Assembly (NCBI GenBank): GCA_018053845.1
Contig: JAGPKU010000003.1
Coordinates: 1,091 to 65,090, forward strand
DNA: 64,000 nt
Source: Syntrophobacterales bacterium
GTDB taxonomy: Bacteria > Desulfobacterota > Syntrophia > Syntrophales > UBA2192
Direction: 5' to 3'
Shown here: positions 17,493-26,548 of the stretch, in pieces
Numbering within the stretch: the stretch's first letter is position 1
How the letters are laid out: each line of letters begins with the position of its first letter
Made by a program: the position numbers and the translations under genes
Notes under the pieces: model-generated
Databases searched by the model: none
The model's input: the letters and a program-made list of their open reading frames with translations, nothing else
What the model was told of the DNA's origin: nothing

Positions 17493-18695
17493 ATGGGGAA
17501 AGACGATTACACCAAAGCGGTAGGCCGGCAGTACAACCGGCTGTTGGAGCAGTGCAAGGTCCACATGGACCGCTTCGAGAAGGAGTATCCCGCCCCGCGG
17601 GAAGACTTCCAGGCGCTGCTGAAGGAGCGGGGGGTCTCGAGGCGGGACTTCCTCAAGTGGACCTCCTGCATGACGGCGGCCCTCATGCTGCCGCCCATCT
17701 TCGAGCCCATGGTCGCGCGGGCCGCCGAGAACTTCAGCCGCCTGCCCGTCATCTGGCTCCACTTCGCCGAGTGTACGGGCTGCACCGAGTCCCTGCTGCG
17801 CTCGTCCTACCCGAACGTCGATGACATCCTGCTCGAGACGATCTCGCTGGAGTACCACGAGACGATCATGGCCGCCGCGGGCGACCAGGCCGAGAAGTGC
17901 CTCGAGGACTGCATCCACCACTTCCCCGGCAAGTATGTCTGCGTCATCGAGGGCGCCATTCCCCTGGGCCTCAACGGCCAGTACATGCGGATCGGCCACA
18001 AGGGAGAGACGGCTCTCCAGATCGGCAAAAAGGTCACCTCCAAGGCCGCGGCGACGATCAGCATCGGCTCCTGCGCCATCTGGGGCGGCATCCCCTCGGC
18101 CCGGCCCAACCCCACCGACGCGGTCGGCGTGAGCAAGGCCCTGGGCATCTCCACGGTGAACATCGCGGGCTGCCCCCCCAACACGGTCAACTTCACGGGG
18201 ACCCTGCTGTACTTCCTCATGTTCGGCGGCATGCCGCCCCTCGACGGGCAGGGCCGCCCGGTCTGGGCCTACGGCAAGCGCGTCCACGACTTCTGCGAGC
18301 GCCGACCCCACTACGACGGCGGCGAGTTCGTGGAGCAGTGGGGCGACGAGGGCGCCCGGCGGGGCTGGTGCCTCTACAAGGTCGGCTGCAAGGGGCCCTA
18401 CACCATGGCGAATTGCCCCCACCTGAGGTTCAACGACCACATCTCCTGGCCGGTCATGGCGGGGCACGGCTGCATCGGCTGCACGGAGATCGGGTTCTGG
18501 GACACCATGGCCCCCCTGGAGAAGCCGATCCACGAGGCCACCATCGGTGGCGGGGAGAAGACCGTCGACGACATCGGCATCATGCTGACGGTGGCGACGG
18601 CGGCCGGCGTCACGGCGCACGGCCTTTTCAGCGCGCTGCGTCACGGCGGTCCGGACAAGAAGGACGAAACCCCGCACAAGGAAGGGAAGGAGTGA
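17493..18695 (+). CDS. hyaA: [NiFe] hydrogenase small subunit, Tat signal
   Basis: ATG at 17493 follows AAAGGGGG. Twin-arginine motif ..GVSRRDFLKW.., and Fe-S cluster cysteines (..AECTGCTES.., ..GSCAIWGG.., ..CIGCTE..). The symbol denotes the family only (group 1 uptake type). Confidence 0.9.
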   Translation: MGKDDYTKAVGRQYNRLLEQCKVHMDRFEKEYPAPREDFQALLKERGVSRRDFLKWTSCMTAALMLPPIFEPMVARAAENFSRLPVIWLHFAECTGCTESLLRSSYPNVDDILLETISLEYHETIMAAAGDQAEKCLEDCIHHFPGKYVCVIEGAIPLGLNGQYMRIGHKGETALQIGKKVTSKAAATISIGSCAIWGGIPSARPNPTDAVGVSKALGISTVNIAGCPPNTVNFTGTLLYFLMFGGMPPLDGQGRPVWAYGKRVHDFCERRPHYDGGEFVEQWGDEGARRGWCLYKVGCKGPYTMANCPHLRFNDHISWPVMAGHGCIGCTEIGFWDTMAPLEKPIHEATIGGGEKTVDDIGIMLTVATAAGVTAHGLFSALRHGGPDKKDETPHKEGKE

Positions 18696-18706
18696 GGAGG
18701 TGAACC

Positions 18707-20377
18707 ATGGCGAAACGACTGGTCGTTGATCCCATCACGAGGATCGAGGGACATCTCAGGATAGAAGTCGAGCTGGACAACACGAACACCATCAAGGATG
18801 CCTGGAGCAGCATCACGCTGTGGCGCGGCATCGAGACGATCCTCAAGGGCCGCGACCCCCGGGACGCGGGCCTCATCGTGCAGCGCTTCTGCGGCGTCTG
18901 CACCTACGTGCACTACGAGGCGAGCATCATGGCCTGCGAGGACGCCTTCGGAATCAAGCCGCCGCCCAACGCGCGCCTGATCCGCAACCTCACCCAGGGC
19001 ATCTGGTACCTGGGCGACCACATCATGCATTTCTACCACCTGCACGGGCTGGACTGGGTGGACATCGTGAGCGCCCTCAAGGCGAACCCGAAGGCGGCCG
19101 TGGATCTCGCAAAGAGCGTCCACCCCAATCCCTGGAACTGCTCCGAGACGCACTACAAGGCCGTCCAGGACCGGCTCACCCGCTTCGTGAAGTCGGGGCG
19201 CCTGGGCCCCTTCGCCAACGCCTACTGGGGCAACCCCTCCTACAAGCTGCCCCCCGAGGCGAACCTGGTCATCGCGTCGCACTACCTGGACGCCCTGCAG
19301 GTCTCCAAGACGGCGGCCGCGGCGCAGGCTGTCTTCGGCGGCAAGAACCCCCACCCGCAGCACCTCGTCGTGGGCGGCGTCTCCTGCGTGCTCGACGCGA
19401 TGAACCCGAGCCGCCTGGGTGAGTTCCTCTTCCGGGCCAAGGAGGTGAAGGACTTCGTCGAGAGGGCCTACATCCCCGACGTCATCCTCGCGGCGCGCTA
19501 CTACAAGGGCGAGGGCCTGGCCGGCATCGGCGGCGGCGTGAAGAACTACCTCTGCTTCGGCGGCTTCCCGCTCGATGACGGCATGACGAGCTTCCTCTTC
19601 CCGAGGGGCATCGTGAAGAACCGCGACCTGACGAAGCTGCTTCCCATCGACGAGAAGCTCATCACCGAGGAGGCGCTGCACGCCTGGTACCAGGACGACA
19701 AGCCCCAGCACCCCTACGAGGGCACGACGATCCCCAAGTACACGGGCTACGACAAGGACGGCCACGTCAAGGGCAACGAGAAGTACACCTGGTGCAAGGC
19801 GCCCCGTTACAACGGCGAGCCCCACGAGGTGGGGCCGCTCGCGCGCATGGTCGTGGGCTTTGTCGCGGGCGACAAGAAGATCAAGCCGCTCGTGGCCGAC
19901 ACGCTGAAGGCCACGGGGCTGCCGGCGACGGTGCTCTTCTCCACGCTGGGGCGCACGGCCGCCCGGGCCCTCGAGACGAAGCTCGTGGGCGACCAGCTCG
20001 AGCCCTGGTTCAACGAGCTGGTGGGCAACATCAAGAAGGGCGACGTCCGGACCTGGACGCCCTGCGACGTCCCGAAGGAAGGACAGGGCCGCGGAATGAC
20101 GGAGCCCCCGCGCGGGGCGCTCAGCCACTGGATCCGCATCAAGGACCACAAGATCGCCAACTACCAGGCCATCGTCCCCTCCACCTGGAACTGCTCGCCC
20201 AGGGACAAGAACAACAAGCGCGGCCCCTACGAGGAATCCCTCATCGGGACGAAGCTCGCGAAGGCGGATCAGCCGCTGGAGATCATCCGGACGATCCATT
20301 CCTTCGATCCCTGCATGGCCTGCGCGGTTCACGTCATCGAGCCGGGCGGCCAGGTCCGCAAGTTCCGGGTGGCCTGA
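18707..20377 (+). CDS. hyaB: [NiFe] hydrogenase large subunit
   Basis: N-terminal ..DPITRIEGHLRIEV.. and RFCGVC motifs, and C-terminal DPCMACAVH. All four Ni ligands are Cys, so this is not a NiFeSe enzyme. Confidence 0.92.
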   Translation: MAKRLVVDPITRIEGHLRIEVELDNTNTIKDAWSSITLWRGIETILKGRDPRDAGLIVQRFCGVCTYVHYEASIMACEDAFGIKPPPNARLIRNLTQGIWYLGDHIMHFYHLHGLDWVDIVSALKANPKAAVDLAKSVHPNPWNCSETHYKAVQDRLTRFVKSGRLGPFANAYWGNPSYKLPPEANLVIASHYLDALQVSKTAAAAQAVFGGKNPHPQHLVVGGVSCVLDAMNPSRLGEFLFRAKEVKDFVERAYIPDVILAARYYKGEGLAGIGGGVKNYLCFGGFPLDDGMTSFLFPRGIVKNRDLTKLLPIDEKLITEEALHAWYQDDKPQHPYEGTTIPKYTGYDKDGHVKGNEKYTWCKAPRYNGEPHEVGPLARMVVGFVAGDKKIKPLVADTLKATGLPATVLFSTLGRTAARALETKLVGDQLEPWFNELVGNIKKGDVRTWTPCDVPKEGQGRGMTEPPRGALSHWIRIKDHKIANYQAIVPSTWNCSPRDKNNKRGPYEESLIGTKLAKADQPLEIIRTIHSFDPCMACAVHVIEPGGQVRKFRVA

Positions 20378-20389
20378 AAGGAGGGTGCC

Positions 20390-21058
20390 ATGGAAGCAAT
20401 CGTTCCCAAGAAACACTGGACCGTGGCCATCCGCATCAACCACTGGGCCATGGCGCTGGCCATCTTCGTGCTCATCGGCACGGGGTTCCTCATCGCCTAC
20501 CCCTTCACCCTGCAGGGCGGCGAGACGTGGATGAAGTATTCCGTCGGGTATATCCGGTTCGTCCACATCCTCTTCGGGGTGTTCCTGGCCCTGCTGTTCG
20601 TCTGGCGGGTCTACCTCGCGTTCTTCTCCACCTTCAAGGCGGACTGGAAGGACCTGCTGGCCTTCACGAACATCCCCAACACGATCCAGCAGATCAAGTT
20701 CTACCTGCTCATCGACAAGAAGGGCCCCCCGCACACGGGCCTCTACGGACCCATGCAGTCGATGGCCTACCTGGGCCTCTTCGGCATGGTCTTCCTCATC
20801 GTGGTGACGGGGCTCATCCTTATGGGGGCGGGCTACAGCACGGGGCTCACGAGCTGGTTCTACGCGATCCTGAGGCCCGTCGAGAGCCTGCTGGGGGGGC
20901 TTGCGTCGGTGCGCTACATCCACCACGTGCTTACCTGGGGCTTCGTGCTCTTCATCGTGGTCCACGTCTACATGGCCTTCTGGTATGACGCCGTGCTGAA
21001 GGAGGGGACACTCTCCTCCATGGTGAGCGGCTTCATGTACGAGAAGGGCGAGCACTGA
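20390..21058 (+). CDS. hyaC: Ni/Fe-hydrogenase b-type cytochrome subunit
   Basis: 222 aa with four TM helices and conserved His (..IRINHWAMALAIFVL.., ..RYIHHVLTWGF..). Confidence 0.85.
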   Translation: MEAIVPKKHWTVAIRINHWAMALAIFVLIGTGFLIAYPFTLQGGETWMKYSVGYIRFVHILFGVFLALLFVWRVYLAFFSTFKADWKDLLAFTNIPNTIQQIKFYLLIDKKGPPHTGLYGPMQSMAYLGLFGMVFLIVVTGLILMGAGYSTGLTSWFYAILRPVESLLGGLASVRYIHHVLTWGFVLFIVVHVYMAFWYDAVLKEGTLSSMVSGFMYEKGEH

Positions 21059-21090
21059 AACGTCACTTGATTTAGACCAAACTGTAATTA

Positions 21091-21120
21091 AAAAGGGGGA
21101 GATGAAATCTCCCCCTTTTT
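21091..21120 (+). terminator. rho-independent terminator-like hairpin after hyaC
   Basis: GGGGGAGAT (21095-21103), loop GAA, ATCTCCCCC (21107-21115), then T5. A4 precedes the hairpin, so it could act in both directions. Confidence 0.7.
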
Positions 21121-21130
21121 CGCTCGGGAC

Positions 21131-21625
21131 ATGGAAAAGAAGCAATTCATCACCATATTAGGTCTCGGCAACATCCTCATGAAGGACGAGGGGTTCGGCG
21201 TCCATTTCGTCAAGTGGCTCGCCGGCCGCTGGAGCTTCCCCGAAACGGTCGAGCTCGTCGAGGGAGGGGTCATGGCCTATGCCCTGCTGGGGCCCGTCTG
21301 CGGCTGCGAGCACCTCATCGTCGTCGACGTCCTCAAGACGGACGACGAGCCGGGGGCGGTCTACCGGTTCACCCTGGCGGAGATCGAGCCGAAACTGCCG
21401 CCGCCCACCTCGGCCCACGAGGTGCAGTTCCTCGACGTGCTGTGCAAGGCCGAGATGCTCGATGAGGCCCCCGAGGTGATCTTCCTGTGCGTCGTGCCGG
21501 AGAACATCCGGGACATGGACATGGAGATGACGCCGCTGATGCGCGAGAAATTTCCGATCGTCGAGGCGCTGCTGATGAAGGAGCTGGCCCGCCACGGCAT
21601 CCGCCCGGAGAGACGCCATGCATGA
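21131..21625 (+). CDS. hyaD: hydrogenase maturation endopeptidase
   Basis: ..ILGLGNILMKDEGFGVHFV.. is the HyaD/HybD/HupD signature. 164 aa. Confidence 0.85.
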   Translation: MEKKQFITILGLGNILMKDEGFGVHFVKWLAGRWSFPETVELVEGGVMAYALLGPVCGCEHLIVVDVLKTDDEPGAVYRFTLAEIEPKLPPPTSAHEVQFLDVLCKAEMLDEAPEVIFLCVVPENIRDMDMEMTPLMREKFPIVEALLMKELARHGIRPERRHA

Positions 21626-21962
21626 GCTGTCGCTCGTTGAATCCATCCTGCAGATCGTCGAGGAATATGCGGCCAAGGAGGGGTTTGCCCGCGTGAGAGC
21701 CCTGCGGCTCTCCTGCGGCAAGCTCTCCTGCGTCGTCCCGCAGGCGCTGAGCTTCGCCTTCGAGGTCCAGTCGAAGGGGACCCGCGCCGAGGGCGCGGCG
21801 CTCGAGCTGCAGGTCCTGCCCGCCGCGATCCACTGCCTGGCCTGCGCCAAGGATGTCGAAGTTGAGCGCTTCGAGGCCCAGTGCCCGGAGTGCAGGGGGT
21901 ACGAGGTGTTCCTGGTGAGGGGGACGGAGGAGCTGAAGTTAATCGAACTGGACGTCGAGTAA
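21618..21962 (+). CDS. hypA: hydrogenase nickel-insertion protein HypA
   Basis: N-terminal MHE motif and two CxxC pairs (CLAC, CPEC). 114 aa. Confidence 0.9.
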   Translation: MHELSLVESILQIVEEYAAKEGFARVRALRLSCGKLSCVVPQALSFAFEVQSKGTRAEGAALELQVLPAAIHCLACAKDVEVERFEAQCPECRGYEVFLVRGTEELKLIELDVE

Positions 21963-21965
21963 AGA

Positions 21966-22000
21966 CAGTGACCGGTGACCAGTGGCCAGTGACCGGTGAA
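21966..22000 (+). repeat. tandem heptamer array, 5 units (CAGTGAC CGGTGAC CAGTGGC CAGTGAC CGGTGAA)
   Basis: Read directly from the sequence. It starts 4 nt after the hypA stop. No complementary arm nearby. Confidence 0.9.
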
Positions 22001-22081
22001 AAAAAGATGGATTGTTATTGGAAACTTCGGGAAAATCCTTCCCTGGCATTTTGTAAATTGTGATTCGAAGGAAGCGGAACG

Positions 22082-22312
22082 GTGTGTATTGCTTTTCCCG
22101 GTAAGGTCCTGACCATCGACCAGGACAATTTTGCCGTCATCGATATCAGCGGGACGCGGCGCGAGGTCTCCCTCGACATCGTCGACGAGCCCGTCGCGGT
22201 GGGCGACTACGTCATCTGCCACGCCGGCTACGCCATCCAGCGAATCGACGAGGAAGCGGCCCTGGAGAAGCTCTCCTTCCTGAAAGAGCTCATCGACAAT
22301 GAAATATATTGA
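22082..22312 (+). CDS. hypC: hydrogenase assembly chaperone HypC
   Basis: GTG start giving MCIAFPGKV.. (the HypC N-terminal Cys motif). 76 aa. Confidence 0.85.
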   Translation: MCIAFPGKVLTIDQDNFAVIDISGTRREVSLDIVDEPVAVGDYVICHAGYAIQRIDEEAALEKLSFLKELIDNEIY

Positions 22313-23402
22313 CGAATACCGCAGCCCCGATCTCGTCCGGGGCCTGCTCGACGCCGTGGCGATCCTCGCGGTGGGCATCGGCCGCGACGTCTCCCTCATG
22401 GAGATCTGCGGTACCCACACGCATGCCATCGGGCGCTACGGGTTTCGAAGGCTCCTGCCGAAGAACCTTCGCCTCATCTCGGGGCCGGGCTGTCCCGTCT
22501 GCGTGACCTCCATCGGGGACGTGGACAGGGCCCTGTGCCTCGCGGGCCTCCCGGAGGTGATCTTCGCGACCTTCGGCGACATGCTGCGCGTCCCGGGTAC
22601 GGGCGGCGAGAGCCTCACAAGGCTGCGCGCCTCGGGGGCCGACATCCGGGTCATCTCCTCGGCCGCCGATGCGGTCCGCTTCGCCGTGGAGAACCCGGCG
22701 AGGCAGATCGTCCTCATGGGGATCGGCTTCGAAACGACGGCGCCTACCGTGGCGGCGGCCATCCAGAGCGCCAGGCGAAAGGGCGTGGGGAACTTCTCCG
22801 TCTTCTCCGTGCACAAGACGGTCCCGCAGGTCATCCGGGCGCTCATCGGGGACCCGGAGCTGAACATCGACGGCTTCATCTGCCCCGGCCACGTGAGCGT
22901 CATCACCGGGGTCGAGGCCTACCGCACGATCCCGCAGGCGGGCCGGGCGGCCGTCATCACCGGCTTCGAGCCCGCCGACATCGCCGAGGGGATCCTGATG
23001 ATCCTCCGCCAGGTCGCCGACGGGCAGTTCGAGGTGGCCATCCAGTACGCCCGCGGCGTGAAGGAGCATGGGAATACCCGGGCCCGGGAGGTCATGGCGG
23101 AGGTCTTCGAGCCGGGCGATGCCGACTGGAGAGGGCTTGGCGTCATCCCCGGCAGCGGCCTCGGCATCCGGCGCGAATTCGAGGACTTCGACGCCCTCCG
23201 GCGGTTCACACTTCCCGAGATCCGCTCCGTCGAGTTCAAAGGGTGCCGTTGCGGCGAGGTTCTGCGCGGGGTGATATCGCCCGCTGAGTGCGGCCTTTTC
23301 ACAAAGGCCTGCACGCCGGCCAATCCGGTTGGGCCGTGTATGGTGTCGGGGGAAGGGACGTGCGCCGCCTATTACAAATATGAAAGAATAAGTGACCGGT
23401 GA
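22299..23402 (+). CDS. hypD: hydrogenase maturation protein HypD
   Basis: Contains ..EICGTHTHAI.. and ..GPGCPVCVT.. motifs. The stop TGA (23400-23402) lies inside the following heptamer array. Confidence 0.9.
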   Translation: MKYIDEYRSPDLVRGLLDAVAILAVGIGRDVSLMEICGTHTHAIGRYGFRRLLPKNLRLISGPGCPVCVTSIGDVDRALCLAGLPEVIFATFGDMLRVPGTGGESLTRLRASGADIRVISSAADAVRFAVENPARQIVLMGIGFETTAPTVAAAIQSARRKGVGNFSVFSVHKTVPQVIRALIGDPELNIDGFICPGHVSVITGVEAYRTIPQAGRAAVITGFEPADIAEGILMILRQVADGQFEVAIQYARGVKEHGNTRAREVMAEVFEPGDADWRGLGVIPGSGLGIRREFEDFDALRRFTLPEIRSVEFKGCRCGEVLRGVISPAECGLFTKACTPANPVGPCMVSGEGTCAAYYKYERISDR

Positions 23403-23452
23403 CCAGTGACCGGTGACCAGTGACCGGTGACCAGTGACCGGTGACCAGTGAA
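23390..23452 (+). repeat. tandem heptamer array, 9 units alternating CAGTGAC/CGGTGAC (4.5 x 14-mer)
   Basis: Read directly from the sequence. It spans the hypD stop and ends 10 nt before the hypB SD. Same unit and orientation as 21966-22000. Confidence 0.95.
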
Positions 23453-23469
23453 GAGGGGAGGATTCAAGA

Positions 23470-24129
23470 ATGAAAGTCACCGTTGTAAAAAACGTGCTCG
23501 ATGCCAATGAGCGGATCGCCGCGGAGAACCGCAGGCTCTTCGACGAGAAGAAGATCTACGTGATCAACCTCATGAGCTCGCCCGGTGCGGGCAAGACGTC
23601 GCTCGTGGAGAAAACGATCACGGCGCTGAAGGACTGCTACCGAATCGCCGTCATCGAGGGGGACATCCAGGACACCTATGACGCCGACCGCGTGGCGGCC
23701 CTGGGCATTCCCGCCGTGCAGATCAACACGGGCGGGGCCTGCCACATCGACGGCAACATGATCCGCGAGGCCCTGCCGGCCCTCGATCTGGACAGGATCG
23801 ACCTGTTGATCAGCGAAAACGTGGGGAATCTCGTATGCCCCGCCGAATTCAAGATCGGCGAGAACGCCAAGGTGATGATCCTGAGCACGACTGAGGGGGC
23901 CGACAAACCCGCCAAGTATCCCCTGATGTTCCAGGAGTCGGCCGTCATGGTCATCAACAAGATGGACCTCAAGCCCTACGTGGACTTCGACCTCGAGAAG
24001 GCCAGGCGCGACGCGCTGGCCCTGAACCGAAACCTCAAGATCTTCGAGGTCTCTTGCAAGACAGGCCAGGGCCTCGAGGGCTGGGTCCAGTGGCTGGCCG
24101 GCCAGATCGAGGCCTTCCGGAATCGATGA
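23470..24129 (+). CDS. hypB: hydrogenase nickel-incorporation GTPase HypB
   Basis: P-loop SSPGAGKTS and ..ENVGNLVCPA.. motif. 219 aa, no His-rich N-terminal tract. Confidence 0.9.
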   Translation: MKVTVVKNVLDANERIAAENRRLFDEKKIYVINLMSSPGAGKTSLVEKTITALKDCYRIAVIEGDIQDTYDADRVAALGIPAVQINTGGACHIDGNMIREALPALDLDRIDLLISENVGNLVCPAEFKIGENAKVMILSTTEGADKPAKYPLMFQESAVMVINKMDLKPYVDFDLEKARRDALALNRNLKIFEVSCKTGQGLEGWVQWLAGQIEAFRNR

Positions 24130-26408
24130 GCGAATCGATCAGGCGCATCCGATACCTCTTCTCCGGTGTCGTCCAGGGGGTGGGGTTCCGCCCCCACGTC
24201 TATCGCGCTGCGACGAAGCACCGGCTGGGCGGATACGTCTGCAACACGCCCGAGGGCGTCACCCTCGAGGTGGAGGGCCCGGCCGGACGGCTCGCGAAAT
24301 TTCATGCCGAGCTGACGAAGAGCTTTCCCCCCGCATCCGACGTGGAGGGCATGTCGCGCTCCGACGTCGCCGTCCTGGGCGAAACGGAATTTCGCATCGT
24401 CGCAAGCGAGCAGGAGGGCAGGAAAAAGGTCCTCATCTCGCCCGACATCGCCACCTGCTCCGACTGCCTGCGGGAGCTCAGAGACCCCGCGGATCGGCGC
24501 TACCGCTATCCCTTCATCAACTGCACCAACTGCGGTCCGCGCCTCACGATCATCCGCGACGTCCCCTACGACAGGCAAAACACCTCGATGGCGTGCTTCC
24601 CTCTATGTCCCCGGTGCCGCGCCGAATACGAGAACCCCGCAGACCGCCGCTTCCACGCCGAACCAAACGCCTGCCCCGTCTGCGGGCCCAGGCTGTGGAT
24701 GGCCGACGGCGAGGGAAATGAGCTCGCGGCGGACCCGGTGGAGAAGGCCGCGGAGCTGCTTCGGGCGGGAAAGATCCTCGCCATCAAGGGGCTCGGGGGC
24801 TTTCACCTGGCCGTCGACGCGTCGAACGAGGAGGCCGTCAGGCGACTTCGCTCGAGGAAGTACCGCGAGGAAAAGCCGTTGGCCATCATGGTGAGGGACA
24901 TCGACGCGGTCTCGCGGATCGCGAAGATCGGGCGGGCCGAGCGGGAGCTTCTCCTCTCCCCGCAGCGTCCCATCGTTCTGTGCCGGAAGCTCGACGACGG
25001 CCCGATTGCGCCCTCCGTGGCGCCCGGCGTGCCCAACCAGGGTATCATGCTCCCCTACGCGCCGCTTCACCACCTGCTCATGGAGACAGGCTTCACGGCG
25101 CTCGTCATGACGAGCGCAAACCAGGTCGACGAGCCTATCTGCATCGCCAACCGCGAGGCCCTGTCGCGCCTGAAGGGCATCGCCGAGTTCTTCCTCCTCC
25201 ACAACCGCGACATCCTGGTGCGCTGCGACGATTCGGTGGCGGCCGTCATGGGGCAGGCGCCGGTCCTGATGCGCCGCTCGCGCGGCTGGGCGCCGAAGCC
25301 CGTCACGCTGAAGCGATCCTACCCCGACGTGCTCGCTCTCGGCCCGCACCTCAAGGCGACGCTTTGCATCCTCAAGGGAGGCCTTGCCTACCTAAGCCCC
25401 CACATCGGCGACCTCGAAACCCCCGAGGCCCGCGACTTCCACCGCGAGAGCCTGCGGGTGATGGAGCGCATCGCCGAGTGCAGGCCCGATGTCATTGCCT
25501 GCGACCTGCACCCGGCCTACTGGACGACGCGGCTGGCCGGGGAGCTTCCCCACCGGGAGATCATCCGCGTCCAGCACCACCACGCCCACATCGTCAGCGC
25601 CATGGCCGAAAACGGGCTGTCGAAGGAGATGATCGGCCTTGCGATGGACGGCACGGGATACGGGCCCGACGGGACGGCCTGGGGCGGGGAGTTCCTCGTA
25701 TGCGACGAGGCTGACTACCGGCGGGCGGGCCACATCCGGCCCTACCCTCTGCCCGGCGCCGAGAAGGCCGTGAAGGAGCCCTGGCGCGTGGCAGCAAGCC
25801 TCCTGCGGGAGAGCTTCGGCGGGGACTGGCGCGGCGTGGCGGCAAAACTGCCGCTCGGGAAAAAAGAGGGCCAGTTCGCCGTGCTCGAGAACATGATGGC
25901 CCAGGGCTTCAACAGCCCCCTGACCTCGAGCCTTGGCCGCGTCTTCGACGGCGTGGCGGCCATCCTGGGGACCCGGCAGGCGGTGAGCTTCGAGGGGCAG
26001 GCAGCCATGGAGCTGGAGACCATCGCCGCGGGCCGCTCGACGAGGCGCTACCCCTTCGACATTGCCAATGACGGCGGGAAGCTCGTCCTCGACCTCAGGC
26101 CGCTTGTCCGGGCCGTTGTCGAGGAGAGAATCAGGGGGAAGGACCCTGCAGCTGTTGCCGCGGCCTTTCACCGAACCATCATCGAAGCCATCGCGGCCGT
26201 GGCCGCGGCCGTCCGTGTGCAGGCGGGTCTCGACAAGGCCGTCCTGAGCGGCGGCTGCTTCCAGAACCGCGTGCTCCTGGAAGGGACGGTGCAGGCCCTC
26301 GGGAAGGACGGCTTCACGGTCTACACGCATCGGCTTCTGCCGACCAACGACGGCTGCATCGCGCTGGGGCAGGCTATCGTAGCTGCTTCGCAGCTCCAAT
26401 TGAGGTGA
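24126..26408 (+). CDS. hypF: carbamoyltransferase HypF
   Basis: Start MSESIRR overlaps the hypB stop (ATGA). It has an acylphosphatase-like N-terminus (..GVVQGVGFRP..), two CxxC-x18-CxxC zinc fingers and a YrdC/Kae1-like remainder. The stop is at 26406-26408, inside the next array. Confidence 0.92.
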   Translation: MSESIRRIRYLFSGVVQGVGFRPHVYRAATKHRLGGYVCNTPEGVTLEVEGPAGRLAKFHAELTKSFPPASDVEGMSRSDVAVLGETEFRIVASEQEGRKKVLISPDIATCSDCLRELRDPADRRYRYPFINCTNCGPRLTIIRDVPYDRQNTSMACFPLCPRCRAEYENPADRRFHAEPNACPVCGPRLWMADGEGNELAADPVEKAAELLRAGKILAIKGLGGFHLAVDASNEEAVRRLRSRKYREEKPLAIMVRDIDAVSRIAKIGRAERELLLSPQRPIVLCRKLDDGPIAPSVAPGVPNQGIMLPYAPLHHLLMETGFTALVMTSANQVDEPICIANREALSRLKGIAEFFLLHNRDILVRCDDSVAAVMGQAPVLMRRSRGWAPKPVTLKRSYPDVLALGPHLKATLCILKGGLAYLSPHIGDLETPEARDFHRESLRVMERIAECRPDVIACDLHPAYWTTRLAGELPHREIIRVQHHHAHIVSAMAENGLSKEMIGLAMDGTGYGPDGTAWGGEFLVCDEADYRRAGHIRPYPLPGAEKAVKEPWRVAASLLRESFGGDWRGVAAKLPLGKKEGQFAVLENMMAQGFNSPLTSSLGRVFDGVAAILGTRQAVSFEGQAAMELETIAAGRSTRRYPFDIANDGGKLVLDLRPLVRAVVEERIRGKDPAAVAAAFHRTIIEAIAAVAAAVRVQAGLDKAVLSGGCFQNRVLLEGTVQALGKDGFTVYTHRLLPTNDGCIALGQAIVAASQLQLR

Positions 26409-26491
26409 AAGGTGCAAGGTGAAAGGCTAAAGGGAAAGAAAAAACTCCCCTTCCTTCGACCTTTGACCTTTTTCCTTTAACCTTTAACCTC
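26402..26491. repeat. 7-nt-periodic inverted array: (AAGGTGN)5, a 13-nt loop, then (NNNCCTT)6
   Basis: Left arm GAGGTGA AAGGTGC AAGGTGA AAGGCTA AAGGGAA (26402-26436). Right arm CTTCCTT CGACCTT TGACCTT TTTCCTT TAACCTT TAACCTC (26450-26491). Only the AAGG/CCTT cores are complementary. Confidence 0.9.
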
Positions 26492-26548
26492 GATTTCGAT
26501 AGACGTAAGGATGAAGACAGACCTTTAAGTTCACCTTGGAGTCGAACG

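Noticed and set aside
18707-20377. [NiFeSe] hydrogenase, given Sec use elsewhere in the window
   Set aside because: The large-subunit gene has no in-frame TGA, and its C-terminal motif is DPCMACAVH with Cys at the position that is Sec in NiFeSe enzymes.
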